A stretch of 25,128 nucleotides of DNA from Nanobdellota archaeon (GCA_041305285.1 JBFYLU010000075.1:1-25128), one strand, 5' to 3'; counted from the first letter of the stretch, positions 16,090-25,128 are shown. The notes: generated from the sequence alone by a model not told the origin. Program-made: numbers and translations.

Positions 16090-18591
16090 TTATTCAGAAC
16101 TAGCCTCTATTCCATTTTCAAGAACCTTGATAATATCTGTAACCTTGTCTCCGTCTTGCAATTTCACAATTCTTACTCCTTGAGTTGCTCGTCCCATTAC
16201 TCTTATATTCTCCAAGGAAGTTCTTATTGCCATTCCTTTTGCAGTTGTGATTATTATGTTGTCATTGTCATTTACTGAAACAGTATTGACCACATTTCCA
16301 GTCTTGTCACTAACCTTGACATTTATTACTCCTTTTCCAGCTCTTGCAGTTTTCCTGTATTCTGCTACTTCTGTTCTTTTTCCATATCCTTTTTCAGTAA
16401 TAGTCATTATAGCAACAGTGTCAAGAACCTCCAAGCTCACTACATCGTCTCCATCATCAAGTTTTATCCCAGTAACTCCATAGCTTGCTCTTCCCATTGG
16501 ACGAACATCACTGCTATTGAATCTAATTGCCTTTCCTTTTCTTGTAGCAAGAAGCACTTCCTGCTTTTCATTGACTACTTCTACGCCTATTAATGAATCT
16601 GAATTATCAGGAGGAAGATTAATTGCTCTTATTCCAGAAGCTCTTGGATTTGAGAAATTGCTTAAAGCGCTTTTCTTTACAATTCCTTTTTTAGTTGCCA
16701 TGAACAAGGCTCCTTCAAAATCCTTGACTGAAATAACTCTTGTCACAGTTTCATCTCTTAATTCAAGCATGTTTACAATTGCTTTTCCCTTGCTGTATCT
16801 TTCAGCTCCAGGAACATCATATGCCTTTAGCCACAAAACTCTTCCTCTTGAAGTAAAGAACATAAGATAATCATGAGTAGAGCAGGTAATCAACTGCTTT
16901 ACAAAATCTCCTGTTGCCAAGCCGCTTCCAATAACTCCTTTTCCTCCTCTTCTCTGCTCTTTATAAGTTTGAGTGTCCATTCTCTTGCAATATCCTTTTT
17001 CAGTGATTGTAATAACAACTTCTTTTTTCTGTATCAAATCCTTTTCTTGGATTTCTTTTATGTTTTTAAGAACACTTGTTTTTCTGTTGTCTCCATACTT
17101 GTTTCTTAATTCAGTTACTTCTTTTGTAATTATTTTAAGCACTTCATTTATATCTCCAAGGATTTTTTCAAGCTCAGTAATTGTAATTCTCAAGTCTTCT
17201 TCTTCTTTTTTCAGCTTTTCTCTTTCCATAGAAGTCAATTGCTGTAACTTAGTTTCCAATACAGCCTGAGCTTGTTTTTTTGTTAATTTGAACTTGCTTA
17301 CAAGATTTTCAAGAGCTTCTGCTGTTGATTTTGATTTCTTGATTGTTGCAATAACCTCGTCTATTTTTGCAAGTGCAATCATCAATCCCTCAACAATTTC
17401 CAGCCTTTCCTTTGCTTTTTTTAATTCAAACTTGGAACGATTAGTAATAATTATTTTTCTGTGCTTTACATATTCCTTGAGAATATCTATTAATCCAAGG
17501 GTTTTTGGCTGCTTTCCAACAAGTGCAAGCATATTAACACTAAAAGAATCCTGAAGCCTTGTGTATTGGTATAACTGGTTTATTACAAACTTAGGATTAG
17601 CTTCTTTTCTGATTTCAATAACAATTCTTATCTTGCCTTTTGAGGATTCATCTCTCAAATCAACAACATCTTTTATTTTCTTGTCTCTTACAAGCTCTGC
17701 AATCTGGGTTATAAGTGAAGCCTTGTTAAGCATATAAGGAATTTCAGTAATGACAATTGCTTCTTTTTTCTTTATTACTTCAGTAGTTGTCTTTCCTCTT
17801 ATTACAAGCTTTCCTCTTCCTGTCTTGTAAATCTCAGACATTTCTCCGCTAACTAATCCACCTGTTGGGAAATCAGGCCCTGTAACAATCTCCAAAAGCT
17901 CTTCTATCTTAATGTCAGGATTTTTAATATAAGCAATAATTGCATTGCAAATCTCTGTAAGATTATGAGGAGGAATATTAGTTGACATTCCAACAGCAAT
18001 TCCAGTTGCTCCATTAATAATTAAATTTGGAAGTCTTGCAGGAAGAAGCTCTGGCTCTTGCAATGAACCATCATAGTTATCCACAAACTTCACTGTTTCC
18101 TTGTCTATGTCTTCAATAATTTCAGTTGAAATTGGCATCAACTTTGCTTCTGTATACCTGTCTGCAGCAGCAGAATCTCCGTCAAGTGAACCAAAATTAC
18201 CCTGCCCAAAAACAAGAGGATATCTCAATGAAAAATCCTGAGCCATTCTTACTAATGCATCATAAACAGCGAGATTTCCATGAGGATGATACTTACCCAT
18301 AGTATCTCCGACAATTCTTGCGCATTTCTTTGTCTGGGTATTTGGCTTTAATCCCATAGTCTGCATAGTATAAAGAATTCTTCTCTGAACAGGCTTAAGC
18401 CCGTCTTCTATTGAAGGAATAGCTCTTGAAACAATAACAGACATTGCATAATCAAGATAAAACTTCCTCATCTCAGAAGAAATCTCTGAGTTAATCACTC
18501 CTTTTTCATTGGAGCATTCTTTCATCACATTATCGCATTTTTCTTCTGGCTTGATTTCTTCAATTTTAGGTTTGTTTTCTTCTTCTGCCAT
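16090..18591 (-). CDS. gyrA: DNA gyrase subunit A
   Basis: [26 protein letters not shown], catalytic RY (AAADRYTE), GyrA-box QRRGGKG and C-terminal beta-pinwheel repeats. Confidence 0.97.
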   Translation of the reverse strand: MAEEENKPKIEEIKPEEKCDNVMKECSNEKGVINSEISSEMRKFYLDYAMSVIVSRAIPSIEDGLKPVQRRILYTMQTMGLKPNTQTKKCARIVGDTMGKYHPHGNLAVYDALVRMAQDFSLRYPLVFGQGNFGSLDGDSAAADRYTEAKLMPISTEIIEDIDKETVKFVDNYDGSLQEPELLPARLPNLIINGATGIAVGMSTNIPPHNLTEICNAIIAYIKNPDIKIEELLEIVTGPDFPTGGLVSGEMSEIYKTGRGKLVIRGKTTTEVIKKKEAIVITEIPYMLNKASLITQIAELVRDKKIKDVVDLRDESSKGKIRIVIEIRKEANPKFVINQLYQYTRLQDSFSVNMLALVGKQPKTLGLIDILKEYVKHRKIIITNRSKFELKKAKERLEIVEGLMIALAKIDEVIATIKKSKSTAEALENLVSKFKLTKKQAQAVLETKLQQLTSMEREKLKKEEEDLRITITELEKILGDINEVLKIITKEVTELRNKYGDNRKTSVLKNIKEIQEKDLIQKKEVVITITEKGYCKRMDTQTYKEQRRGGKGVIGSGLATGDFVKQLITCSTHDYLMFFTSRGRVLWLKAYDVPGAERYSKGKAIVNMLELRDETVTRVISVKDFEGALFMATKKGIVKKSALSNFSNPRASGIRAINLPPDNSDSLIGVEVVNEKQEVLLATRKGKAIRFNSSDVRPMGRASYGVTGIKLDDGDDVVSLEVLDTVAIMTITEKGYGKRTEVAEYRKTARAGKGVINVKVSDKTGNVVNTVSVNDNDNIIITTAKGMAIRTSLENIRVMGRATQGVRIVKLQDGDKVTDIIKVLENGIEASSE

Positions 18592-18592
18592 T

Positions 18593-18907
18593 TTAAGCTA
18601 CCTCTTCTCCTTTTTTATCCATATATTTCATTAATTCCTCTTCTGTTAATTCTTTTTCAACAACGTCATATCCTTTCCATTTGCATTTATGACACTGCCA
18701 TTCTTTTCCAGTATTTGATTCCTCTTCACTATCGCTTCCACTTAAAACAATTCCAACATCATCGCTTCCACACTTAGGACACTCTCTTACCTTGAAAGTT
18801 TTCTCGTCTTTTTTCTTGGTTTTTATTTTATGTTTTTTGTTGTATTCTTCTTCTGAGTCAAATCCTTCCAAAATCCATGCAGGTGTTGCTAGTTTGCTTT
18901 TTGCCAT
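18593..18907 (-). CDS. Small zinc-ribbon protein (CxxC-x25-CxxC) between gyrB and gyrA
   Basis: CPKC...WQCHKC with acidic and basic patches. The likely start is MAKSKL (ATG 18907), and the stop is 1 nt before the gyrA start. Confidence 0.7.
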   Translation of the reverse strand: MAKSKLATPAWILEGFDSEEEYNKKHKIKTKKKDEKTFKVRECPKCGSDDVGIVLSGSDSEEESNTGKEWQCHKCKWKGYDVVEKELTEEELMKYMDKKGEEVA

Positions 18908-18979
18908 TTTGTTTGTGTATTTCAATCAGCCTTGAGCCTATCTTAATAGGAAATGTCATAAGAAGAACCTTGGTTCTTT

Positions 18980-20869
18980 TTATACGTCTAATTCAGCCTC
19001 ATGAGCATTTTCTTCAATAAACTCTTTTCTTGATTGAACATCATCACCCATTAGCATGCTAATAGTCTGGTCAGCCTCCAATGCATCTTCAATATAAACT
19101 TTCTTGATTTTTCTTGTCTTTGGATTCATTGTTGTGTCCCATAACTGCTGTGAGCTCATTTCTCCTAATCCCTTGAATCTTGTAACATTGGTTGTGTTTA
19201 ACTTATCTGTTAATTTCTTTAATTCCTCTTCAGTATAAACATAATGATCTGTCTTTTTCCTGACTCTGTATAAAGGAGGCATTGCAATAAACAAGTTTCC
19301 TTTTTCAATTAATTGAGGCAAGAACCTGTAAAAAAATGTCAATAAAAGTGTTGTTATGTGCTCTCCATCAACATCTGCATCTGCCATGAGAATAATCTTG
19401 CCATATCTTAGTCTATTGTAATCAAAACTCTCTCCAACTCCTGTTCCAACAGCAGTAATAAGATTTGCTATTTCTTCGCTTGATAATGCCTTGACTGGAT
19501 TTGATTTTTCAACATTCAGTATTTTTCCTCTTAATGGCAGTATTGCCTGGATATTTCTATCTCTTCCCATCTTGCTTGAACCAGCTGCTGAATCTCCTTC
19601 AACAATATACAATTCAGTATCTTCTGTTTTTTTATTTGAGCAGTCAGCAAGTTTTCCAGGCAGTCCCCCAAGAGAAAAAGCACTTTTTCTCCTGACTAAT
19701 TCTTTTGCTTTTTTTGCTGCAAGCCTTGCCCTTGCTGAATCCAAAGACTTCATTGCAATTTTTTTTGCAATTAAAGGATTCTCCTCAAAAAATTCAGTTA
19801 AAGCAGATGAAACAATTGAATCAACTAATCCTTTTAATTCAGAATTTCCCAGCTTTGTCTTTGTCTGTCCTTCAAACTGAGGCTCTGGGATTTTCAAGCT
19901 GATTATTGTAGTATTTCCCTCCCTCACATCATCTCCAGTAAGAGAATCATTCTTCAAAAGATTGGTTTTCTTTGCATAATCATTTATTGCTCTTGTCAAG
20001 GCAGTCTTGTATCCAGAAACATGAGTTCCACCCTCAACAGTGTTTATTGTGTTTACAAAACCAAAAATATTTTCTTGATATCCTGAAGTATATTGTATTG
20101 CAACTTCTATCACAGTATTCTCCAAGACTCTCTTGAAATAAATTGGCTTGGTGTGTAGAACTTCCTTGCTCCTATTTATCCATTTCACAAATTCAATTAA
20201 TCCTCCGCTTGCATAAAACTCTTCTTGCTTGTTTTTTTCCTCGTCTTTTAATTTGATTTTTAATCCTGCATTAAGAAATGCAACTTCTTTGAATCTTGTC
20301 TCGAGAACCTTGTAATCAAAAATAATTGTGGAAAAAATCTGCTCATCAGGCCAAAAAGTAACTTTTGTTCCAGTGTCATTATCATTGCATTTTCCAACAA
20401 CTTTTAATTTTGTTGTGGGATTTCCTCTTGAATACTCTTGCTGATGTATTTTTCCCTCTCTTTTTATTTCAATAATTAGTTTTTTTGAAAGAGCATTGAC
20501 ACATGAAACACCAACCCCATGCAATCCTCCTGAAATCATATATGATTTTTTGTCAAATTTTCCACCAGCATGCAGTTTTGTAAGTGCAACTTGAACAGCA
20601 GGAACCTTTAATTGAGGATGAATATCAACTGGAATTCCTCTCCCATTATCCTCAACACTCACACTTCCATCTCTGTTTATTGAAACAAGAATTTCACTGC
20701 AATATCCTCCAAGCGCTTCATCAACTGAATTGTCAACAACCTCATAAACCAGATGATGCAATCCATCTTTGCCAGTGCTCCCAATATACATAGCCGGACG
20801 CTTTCTTACTCCTTCTAAGCCATCCAATACCTTGATTGAATCAGCACCATAATCACTATTTGAGGCCAT
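18980..20869 (-). CDS. gyrB: DNA gyrase subunit B
   Basis: GLEGVRKRPAMYIG, EVVDNSVDE, DNGRGIP, GGLHGVGVS, EGDSA, PLRGKILNV, DADVDG and RFKGLGEM. Confidence 0.97.
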   Translation of the reverse strand: MASNSDYGADSIKVLDGLEGVRKRPAMYIGSTGKDGLHHLVYEVVDNSVDEALGGYCSEILVSINRDGSVSVEDNGRGIPVDIHPQLKVPAVQVALTKLHAGGKFDKKSYMISGGLHGVGVSCVNALSKKLIIEIKREGKIHQQEYSRGNPTTKLKVVGKCNDNDTGTKVTFWPDEQIFSTIIFDYKVLETRFKEVAFLNAGLKIKLKDEEKNKQEEFYASGGLIEFVKWINRSKEVLHTKPIYFKRVLENTVIEVAIQYTSGYQENIFGFVNTINTVEGGTHVSGYKTALTRAINDYAKKTNLLKNDSLTGDDVREGNTTIISLKIPEPQFEGQTKTKLGNSELKGLVDSIVSSALTEFFEENPLIAKKIAMKSLDSARARLAAKKAKELVRRKSAFSLGGLPGKLADCSNKKTEDTELYIVEGDSAAGSSKMGRDRNIQAILPLRGKILNVEKSNPVKALSSEEIANLITAVGTGVGESFDYNRLRYGKIILMADADVDGEHITTLLLTFFYRFLPQLIEKGNLFIAMPPLYRVRKKTDHYVYTEEELKKLTDKLNTTNVTRFKGLGEMSSQQLWDTTMNPKTRKIKKVYIEDALEADQTISMLMGDDVQSRKEFIEENAHEAELDV

Positions 20870-21129
20870 TTTATATGTTTTTTTGTAAGATTTTTAATTT
20901 AAAATTTGCAAATTTTTCACAAATTATAAGAGTATAAATGAATATTCCTTTAAAAAGCTTGCTACATAAATTTAGCTTTTTTAAGGCTTAAAAACATCAA
21001 ATTTACTTTTTCTTTTTTATTACGTGGATAAAGAAAACTAACTAAAAACACGCCAAAAAACCTATTTTGAAGTAACTGAGTAGTGACAAAAATAGAAACT
21101 TTTATAAATAAAAGAATGCACCAAATAAT

Positions 21130-21411
21130 ATGAAAAAGATAATACCTGCAGTGCTTGCAATAGTAACAATAATCTTAATTGTTAGTCTTTTGTACCTTAT
21201 GATTCAGGAAAGAATGACTGGAGCAGTAATAAAAAATCAATATACTTACACAAAAGCAATATGCACTGAAACCAATTTTTGCCAGGATTATGAAATCAAC
21301 TGCAACAATGGAGGAATTGTTGAAATGACTCCAATCACAGGAGCTTTTGTCCAGCATAATTCAAATTGGCAAGACCCAAGGGAAAACAAATCAAGAATAA
21401 CCTGTGAATAA
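21130..21411 (+). CDS. Small membrane-anchored protein with Cys-containing ectodomain
   Basis: N-terminal TM, TGAV motif, and C-x4-C-x6-C plus a terminal Cys. TATA at 21101. Confidence 0.65.
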   Translation: MKKIIPAVLAIVTIILIVSLLYLMIQERMTGAVIKNQYTYTKAICTETNFCQDYEINCNNGGIVEMTPITGAFVQHNSNWQDPRENKSRITCE

Positions 21412-21420
21412 AAAGAATTA

Positions 21421-21717
21421 TTATTTAGATTTCTTCTTTGCCTTTAGATTCAGGTTTTCTGTTGTCAGGCTTCTATGCAATCCACCAACACCTGGAAAAA
21501 TCATTGCAGTTCCAATCAGCAAGGATATAAGTGCATAGTAATCACTTGAAGTGCACATTAATCTGTCTAATTGAGCTGGTTGTTCAACTGTTAATGTCTC
21601 TCCCTGAACTGTCTGAGTTATAGGAAGAACATTGCATGGACGTGAAAGAGCATATCCTATTAAAAGAGCTCCGATTAAGATAAAAACAACACTAATGATT
21701 AGATTTTTTATGTTCAT
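21421..21717 (-). CDS. Small 2-TM membrane protein
   Basis: Two hydrophobic segments flank a loop with two Cys. Confidence 0.6.
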   Translation of the reverse strand: MNIKNLIISVVFILIGALLIGYALSRPCNVLPITQTVQGETLTVEQPAQLDRLMCTSSDYYALISLLIGTAMIFPGVGGLHRSLTTENLNLKAKKKSK

Positions 21718-21780
21718 TGAAAATCACTTCTTTTTATTTGAATACTTATAAGATAATTAAGAATTAAAGCTTTTTAAATA

Positions 21781-21936
21781 TTATTTCTGCTCTATCCATC
21801 TAACTTTCCTTCTTTTCATAGCCATGTTTTTTCTGCACTTAGAAGAGCAAATATAATGAATGCTTCCATCATTCTTTACAAGGGTTATTCCCCTGTGAAA
21901 ATCATACATTTTTCCGCAATAAATACATTTTGGCAT
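21781..21936 (-). CDS. rpl24e: 50S ribosomal protein eL24 (L24e), 51 aa, not in ORF track
   Basis: Own translation: MPKCIYCGKMYDFHRGITLVKNDGSIHYICSSKCRKNMAMKRRKVRWIEQK. It has CxxC...CSSKC and sits in the conserved L7Ae-S28e-L24e order. Confidence 0.95.
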   Translation of the reverse strand: MPKCIYCGKMYDFHRGITLVKNDGSIHYICSSKCRKNMAMKRRKVRWIEQK

Positions 21937-21937
21937 T

Positions 21938-22228
21938 TTAAGTATACGAGCCCTTGCTCACATTAGATTTAATTCTTCTTGCTTCAATCTCAGTTTCTCT
22001 GAGCATTAATATGTCTCCAGGTCTTACAGGCCCCTTTACATTTCTTCTCATGCTCCTTCCTTCATCTCTTCCTGCTTGAACTAAGCATTTTACCTGAGTA
22101 ATCTCTCCTCTAAATCCAGTTCTTCCAAGAATCTCCTGCACAAGTCCAGGAACTACCTGCCCTAAAAGCTTCTCGCTACCTTTAGAACCTGCTTGTTTTA
22201 CTTCTTGTTTTTTCTGTTCCTTTGCCAT
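21938..22228 (-). CDS. rps28e: 30S ribosomal protein eS28 (S28e)
   Basis: [16 protein letters not shown] and [25 protein letters not shown]. Confidence 0.96.
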   Translation of the reverse strand: MAKEQKKQEVKQAGSKGSEKLLGQVVPGLVQEILGRTGFRGEITQVKCLVQAGRDEGRSMRRNVKGPVRPGDILMLRETEIEARRIKSNVSKGSYT

Positions 22229-22248
22229 TTTATATTAAGATTAAAATA

Positions 22249-22548
22249 TTATTTAACTGCTGAGAGTTCTTTTTCTGCGTCACCAGCTTCAATAACTGCA
22301 ACAGATGAAGCAGCAACTGGAATTCCAACAGCGATTCCTAATTTTTGCTTGCTGTCAACTTCCTTGCATAGAATCTTTTTCTCTTTGCATAAAACTGGCA
22401 AATGAGCTACAATTTCTTTTGGGCTTACATCCCCTGCATAAACAACTAGCTTTGCAATCCCTCTCTCAATTGCTTTTGTAACTTCATTGGTTCCTTTTTC
22501 TATCTTTCCTGTCTTTCTTGCCTTTTCAATAATTCCGTATACGTCCAT
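22249..22548 (-). CDS. rpl7ae: Ribosomal protein L7Ae (eL8), short N-terminus
   Basis: [45 protein letters not shown] and LGIAVGI. Confidence 0.95.
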   Translation of the reverse strand: MDVYGIIEKARKTGKIEKGTNEVTKAIERGIAKLVVYAGDVSPKEIVAHLPVLCKEKKILCKEVDSKQKLGIAVGIPVAASSVAVIEAGDAEKELSAVK

Positions 22549-22591
22549 TTTTTCTTGAGTTTATTTAATTGAGAACAATAAGAAAAGTATA

Positions 22592-22615
22592 ACCCTCGCT
22601 TATCGCTCATCGGAT
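22592..22615 (-). promoter_or_regulatory. Kink-turn in 5' leader of the rpl7ae operon
   Basis: The minus strand reads AUCC-GAU-GA-GC-gauaa-GC-GA-GGGU: C-stem, 3-nt bulge, tandem G.A/A.G and NC stem. It starts 29 nt after the TATA start (22644). Confidence 0.8.
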
Positions 22616-22700
22616 AAAATATTCAGAAAAAATGAATTTATAAATGTTTCTTAGAGTGCAAAACAATAATCCTTAAATAATAACCTTTTGATTAAAAGAA

Positions 22701-23132
22701 ATGGCAAAGACTAAAAAAAGACTCAGAATAATCCCTGTTTTGGAAGTCCTTGAGAAAAATCACGTAACAAAAATGGAAAAGGGCAAATATCTTGAAAGAT
22801 TTGTTTTTCCTCAAGAACATGATTTGCCAAGAGTTAATTGGAAAAAATTAGTATCAGACAGAAGAAAACATGATGCTTATTCTGGAAGTGACGAACATTA
22901 TCAGCCATATTCTGATGTTTTAAGATATTTAAGAATAAAAGGAATCTTGACAACTCCTGGAACTCCTGGAAGTTATTTTCTTTTAGGAAGTGGAATGGAC
23001 TTATCCCCAAATACAGGACATGGAGCAACAATGCATTTTGTTAGAGAAGGAGATGCAGAAGAATATGCTGCAGCTGAATTTGGAAGAAAAAGATACAATT
23101 TATTCCTTTGCAAAAATCTAAAAAAGATTTAA
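22701..23132 (+). CDS. Hypothetical protein (143 aa)
   Basis: ATG with CTTAAATA 29 nt upstream. No motif. Confidence 0.6.
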   Translation: MAKTKKRLRIIPVLEVLEKNHVTKMEKGKYLERFVFPQEHDLPRVNWKKLVSDRRKHDAYSGSDEHYQPYSDVLRYLRIKGILTTPGTPGSYFLLGSGMDLSPNTGHGATMHFVREGDAEEYAAAEFGRKRYNLFLCKNLKKI

Positions 23133-23731
23133 CTCCCTGCTAATTTCATAAGAACTTTTTGCTTTGTGTTTGAAAGTACTTGATAGTGCTCCTCCCATAC
23201 TTCTGGATGCAAGGTTGTTCTGACTTTTTTCTCTAATCTCCTCATTTTTGTTCTTAATTTAACAAACTCTCTGTCTCCCTCAAGCTCTTCCTTGTTCTCA
23301 AGCAAAGTGGTATAATAAGCAAAAAAAGTCTCAGCTGGCTCTTCAAGTTCAAATCCTCCAATCTGCCCTGCCTGCTCCATATAAATAGAGATAAGATGAC
23401 TCTCTCCAGGAACATAAAAAATATCATGTGTCTTGGAATTAATATGAGGATTGAGTAATTGTGTTTCTGCAACTATTGGTCTAGTTTTTATAGGCACCAT
23501 ATCCTCGGGATTAATAGTAAAATCATATGAAAAGGGAGTAACCATTTTCCCTAATTTTCTTCCTTGATAGCCATACCCAAATACCTTTCTATAAAATTCA
23601 ATCTCTGTTCTTGCATAAACTACTTTTGTTTCTTCTTCTTGATTAACAAGACATCTTCCAAAAAGCATAACTTTTCCAGAAGGAAAACCCTTGGAAGCAT
23701 GCTTTAAATCAAAAAATAACTCTTCTGCCAT
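23129..23731 (-). CDS. Hypothetical protein (~200 aa)
   Basis: Start moved to MAEELFF (ATG 23731) on TATA spacing (23760). Helical, charged C-terminus. Confidence 0.6.
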   Translation of the reverse strand: MAEELFFDLKHASKGFPSGKVMLFGRCLVNQEEETKVVYARTEIEFYRKVFGYGYQGRKLGKMVTPFSYDFTINPEDMVPIKTRPIVAETQLLNPHINSKTHDIFYVPGESHLISIYMEQAGQIGGFELEEPAETFFAYYTTLLENKEELEGDREFVKLRTKMRRLEKKVRTTLHPEVWEEHYQVLSNTKQKVLMKLAGS

Positions 23732-23806
23732 GCTTAAAAATAAGAAATTATCCTTTAAAAGCATATTAATAACTAAAGAATATATTTTAATAATAATCTT
23801 TTATGA

Positions 23807-24145
23807 TTAAGTTGGATTATGATAGTATCTTTGATTGACTTGCTTTGCCCACTGAGCAACTTCTTTTTTCATCTCATGCTTGACTTCTCCAACTTCCATC
23901 CTCATTGTTCTTCCACTTTTAGAGTATTCAATAAATAAAGATGGCTCAGAATTTCCAGGTTTTCTATCCATTAAAAAATAATGAATGTCTGCACGAGAAA
24001 GAAAAGAGGAACCATTCTCTGTTGATATAAACACCTCTCCTTTAACTATTGTGAATAGTCTTGATTGAGAGTCAGCAAAAAATCTTCCGTCCCTTTCTCC
24101 TACATTATTGACAAGATTTTGTTTTTTTCTAAATTCAAATACCAT
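23807..24145 (-). CDS. Hypothetical protein (112 aa)
   Basis: ATG with TTTAAAAA beginning at 24174. No motif. Confidence 0.6.
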   Translation of the reverse strand: MVFEFRKKQNLVNNVGERDGRFFADSQSRLFTIVKGEVFISTENGSSFLSRADIHYFLMDRKPGNSEPSLFIEYSKSGRTMRMEVGEVKHEMKKEVAQWAKQVNQRYYHNPT

Positions 24146-24193
24146 AAACTTGTTTTGAATCTAAGATTTTTAAAGATTTATGCAAAAATTACT

Positions 24194-24303
24194 TTATTTC
24201 CATGTAACATTAACTTCATCTGTTCGCTGCCTAGGCAAATGACTGCGTCGATTTGACTTATTTCCATGTAACATTAACTTCATCTGTTCGCTGCCTAGGC
24301 AAA
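24194..24303. repeat. Exact 46-bp direct repeat (24194-24239 and 24258-24303) of the kae1 3' end with an 18-bp spacer
   Basis: ttatttccatgtaacattaacttcatctgttcgctgcctaggcaaa occurs twice, separated by tgactgcgtcgatttgac. Confidence 0.95.
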
Positions 24304-25128
24304 ATATCTATCTTATTCAATTCATTCTCTTTAATTGCAATTCCTGCTTTAAACATAATCTCTCCAAGATAAGCAATCATAGCAGCATTATCAACTAACA
24401 AGCTTCTGTCAGGACAAAAGAATTTAGCACCTCTTTCTCTGCACATAATTTGACACATTTCCTGCAATCTTGAATTGCACGCAACCCCTCCTCCCAAAAG
24501 CAACTCTTTTTTTCCAGTATGAGCAAGAGCTCTTTCAGCTGTTTCAACAAGCATTGCAAAAACAGTTTCCTGCAATGAATAAGCCAAATCTTCTAATTTG
24601 TATTTCCCTGACTCTAACTTTTGCTTTAAATTTGTAAGTATTCCAGACAAAGCAACATCCATGCCCTTTACTTTGTAAGGCAGTTCAATGTACTTACGCT
24701 GATTAAAAGGTTCAGCTAATTTCTGTATTGCTGGCCCTCCTGGAAACCCGATTCCAGCATATCTTGCAAAAGTATCTATAAAATTGCCTATGCCTAAGTC
24801 TAAAGTCTCTCCAAACACCCTATATTTGCCTTCTGCATAGCCTATAACCTGAGTATTTGCACCAGAAGCATAAAGCATTACTGGATCTTTAGCTCCTGTT
24901 AATCTGCCTATTTCCAGATGACTAATGCAATGGTTTACAGGAACTACTGGCTTTTTTAGCTTTAATGATAACTCTTTTGCAAACTTCATGCCTTCAAGCA
25001 AGCATGGAGCTAATCCAGGACCTTGTGAAAAAGCAATAACATCCACATCAGACTCATTAATTCCTGCTTGATTCAGTGCCTCAAAATAAATCTCATTCTT
25101 ATTGTTGCAGTGATGTTTTGCAGATTCA
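24258..25128 (-). CDS. kae1: tRNA N6-threonylcarbamoyltransferase Kae1 (TsaD family), 5'-truncated by window edge
   Basis: The frame is open to the window end (ESAKHH...). Motifs FSQGPG, NHCISHLEIG, LYASGANTQ, GETLDLGIGN, GGGVACN and DNAAMIA. Confidence 0.95.
   Translation of the reverse strand, partial: ESAKHHCNNKNEIYFEALNQAGINESDVDVIAFSQGPGLAPCLLEGMKFAKELSLKLKKPVVPVNHCISHLEIGRLTGAKDPVMLYASGANTQVIGYAEGKYRVFGETLDLGIGNFIDTFARYAGIGFPGGPAIQKLAEPFNQRKYIELPYKVKGMDVALSGILTNLKQKLESGKYKLEDLAYSLQETVFAMLVETAERALAHTGKKELLLGGGVACNSRLQEMCQIMCRERGAKFFCPDRSLLVDNAAMIAYLGEIMFKAGIAIKENELNKIDILPRQRTDEVNVTWK

Noticed and set aside
16247-20793. Plus-strand ORFs inside gyrA/gyrB (16247, 16517, 16873, 16973, 17288, 19491, 19501, 19705, 20584)
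   Set aside because: They are antisense to highly conserved genes, have F/S/L-rich composition typical of reverse-frame shadows, and lack promoters.
20870-21129. Long AT-rich intergenic region as replication origin
   Set aside because: No ORB-like repeats or adjacent cdc6/orc1 are visible. It is explained by divergent promoters.
21175-24256. ORFs 21175-21357, 22193-22405, 22834-23031, 23254-23472 and 24065-24256
   Set aside because: Most are antisense shadows of called genes. 23254-23472 is an alternate-frame overlap within 23129-23731. 24065-24256 crosses a gene start, its promoter and the duplication.
24194-24303. Repeat-spacer-repeat read as a mini CRISPR array
   Set aside because: There are only two units, the repeat is the coding 3' end of kae1, the 18-bp spacer is too short, and no cas1/cas2 or leader is present.
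1-25128. DGR reverse transcriptase, Avd or template repeat
   Set aside because: No ORF has RT motifs (e.g. YxDD in RT context), and I found no third, AAC-rich copy of the variable region by eye. The DGR call therefore rests on target-side evidence only.

Overview
AT-rich archaeal chromosomal window, most likely from a DPANN archaeon of the Pacearchaeota/Woesearchaeota type (inference from gene content and style). Housekeeping genes: aIF5B, aIF2-gamma, eS6, the L7Ae-eS28-eL24 operon, Kae1, bacterial-type gyrase gyrB/gyrA, an N-terminal-only Dph2, a kinase-dCMP deaminase fusion and a CcdA-like protein. These alternate with accessory genes: surface proteins, two solo Cas4/AddB-like Fe-S nucleases, a PAS-STAS protein and hypotheticals. 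Two real genes missing from the ORF track were found: rpl24e (21781-21936, -) and a CxxC-x17-CxxC protein (12847-13011, +). Most notable observations: (1) two dispersed paralogues (2974-3711 and 15417-16040) that are 76% identical over 173 aa but have unrelated, NNY-codon-rich C-terminal variable segments. Copy 1 is followed by a GAA-loop hairpin, and copy 2 is truncated exactly at that loop. This is the signature of diversity-generating retroelement (DGR) targets, with no RT or template repeat in the window. (2) A ~100-nt intergenic element of four back-to-back C(UUCG)G hairpins with its own TATA box and T-tract (5812-5920), a candidate undescribed ncRNA. (3) An exact 46-bp duplication of the kae1 3' end around an 18-bp insert. 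(4) A k-turn at the predicted 5' end of the L7Ae mRNA. (5) A near-invariant 29-nt TATA-to-ATG spacing. No tRNA, rRNA, CRISPR array, transposase or integrase was seen. All calls come from reading the sequence; no searches were run.
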